DNA of 25,504 bases from Octopus sinensis (taxonomy: Eukaryota): assembly GCF_006345805.1 (NCBI RefSeq), contig NW_021836453.1, positions 1 to 25,504 on the forward strand, given 5' to 3'. A program made the position numbers and the translations under genes. Positions 23,790 through 25,504 of the stretch are shown piece after piece (the first letter of the stretch is position 1; every line of letters starts with the position of its first letter). The notes beneath the pieces are model-generated. The model did not search any database. It was not told the DNA's origin and saw only the letters and a list, made by a program, of their open reading frames with translations.

Positions 23790-24350
23790 GGTGCAGGAGT
23801 GGCTGTGTGGTAAGTAGCTTGCTTACGACCACATGTATTCCGGGTTCAGTCCCACTGCGTGGCACCTTGACCAAGTGTCTTCTACTATACCCTCGGACCA
23901 ATTAAAACCTTGTGAATGGATTTGGTAGACGGAAGCTGAAAGAAGCCTGTCGTGTATATGTATACATATATATATGTATACACAAACACACACACATATA
24001 TATAGTTCTATCTATTCATCTATCAATCAATAAATATCGACACGAGTCACGATTATATATATAAACATACATATATATATGTATATATATATATATTATA
24101 TTATGTTATTATATCATATATATATTATATATTTGTGTTTGTGTGTGACCCCTCCCATCACTTGACAACCCGAGTTAATTGTTTAACATTCCCTTAACTT
24201 AGCAGTTTCGACAAAAGTAACCGATAGAATAATTACCTGGTTGTTCAAAAATAAACACAGGTGTCAATTTGTTCGACTAAATCCTTTAACTTTTTGAAGC
24301 TGAGCCCTAACATTGCCACTGTTTAAAGACTAAAGCAACCAAAAATTAAA
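23790..24350 (+). mobile_element. Family A SINE with expanded internal TA-rich microsatellite (~23955-24125) and diverged 3' half
   Basis: 5' half GGTGCAGGAGTGGCTGTGTGGTAAGTAGCTTGC...GAAAGAAGCCTGTCG matches the other copies closely. The 3' half (CACTTGACAACC...AACTTAGCAGTTTCGACAAAAG..ACCGATAGAATAA..TTCGACTAAA) is recognisable but degenerate. Confidence 0.8.
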
Positions 24351-24394
24351 GTATTTCTTCAGGGAACCTACAACGGTACATCATACTGCGCAAA

Positions 24395-24466
24395 CGCCAT
24401 TCAGCGAGTTCGCCATTTCTTAAAAAGGAAAAAGCTAAGATCTTTATGGCGGGAAACGTCACGTTT
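24395..24466. promoter_or_regulatory. Motif cluster: YY1-like CGCCAT x3, E2F-like TTTCCCGCC, palindromic AAACGTCACGTTT
   Basis: CGCCATT at 24395 and 24411, ATGGCGG at 24446, GGCGGGAAA at 24448-24456, palindrome at 24454-24466. Motif match only. Confidence 0.2.
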
Positions 24467-24719
24467 GGAACAAAGAATTACGCTCCATTTAGCGTTGAAT
24501 AAAATATTTGAAAGTAGTCTTGAAAAATCACTAGCGGCTGTAATTAATTCCTTGTTGTATGTATATAAACTAATAAGCGCGTCTTAACATTAAATATATA
24601 CAGATGTTTCTATGTTTACAAAATATATACACATACATACATATATGCACAAGACAAGAGGAACGTGATATCTGCAACTATGCACAAGCAGTGAGCTACG
24701 ACAAATTTTTAATTCACTC

Positions 24720-24735
24720 ATATATTATATCATAT

Positions 24736-24786
<51 letters not shown>

Positions 24787-24895
24787 ATACTACATATATA
24801 TACATACATATATATCTATATATTATATATATATATATATATAATATATATATTATATATATATGTATATATATAGTATATACACACACACACAC

Positions 24896-24928
<33 letters not shown>

Positions 24929-25115
24929 TATGTATACACACACACACATATATATAATATACATATATTTCTCTATATCCTTTGTCTATACATTTGTAGG
25001 TGCGCGGGAGAGTATGTGTATGTATTTATGTATACATGCATGTATACATACGTTTATATACATATATATATCATGTATATATGATATATATATGATATAT
25101 ATATGTGTGTGTGTG

Positions 25116-25158
<43 letters not shown>

Positions 25159-25310
25159 TCATGACAAAGAACAAAAGAGAACTCAATCTACGCCCACGTG
25201 TGTGTGTATATATGTGTGTGTATATGTTTGTGTGTGTATGTGTGTGTCTGTGAGTGAGTGTGCATGTGTGTGTGTGTGTGTGTGCGTGCGTGTATTTTGG
25301 GTAAGTAGTC
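24720..25310. repeat. TA/TG/CA microsatellite field
   Basis: Direct reading. Confidence 0.95.
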
Positions 25311-25504
25311 AAATATATTTGGCTATGCAAATATTTCCAATATGTCTGTCATCCATCAATTAAAGACGTTGAGATTCTTGAAGAAACATCAAAGTCAAAA
25401 AGATAATTGACTTCCACGGCAGATCTCTAAATATGGCGTTGGCTGTTGCTACTGTTGTTGTTGTTGTTATTGTTGATGTTGTTGTTTGTTTTTAGTGGAG
25501 ATGA

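Overview
AT-rich, microsatellite-dense animal genomic DNA, most likely intergenic or intronic. The SINE types and simple-repeat landscape resemble octopus/cephalopod genomes; this is recognition from memory, not a search result. No protein-coding gene is supported, and nearly every ORF in the track is a translation of simple repeats. The window holds three families of tRNA-derived SINE (two copies keep target-site duplications), a near-identical 1.4-kb tandem duplication bounded by (TA)n, an older ~140-bp direct duplication, several degenerate minisatellites (10, 20, 30 and ~46 bp units) and short palindromes. The standout signal is a near-complete type I hammerhead ribozyme fold on the minus strand at 12465-12540. 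It has a 12-bp stem I, a palindromic stem III, a GUU cleavage triplet and one core substitution (U4A). It lies at the 3' end of a ~400-bp hairpin-rich segment that may be a Penelope-like pseudo-LTR or retrozyme relic.
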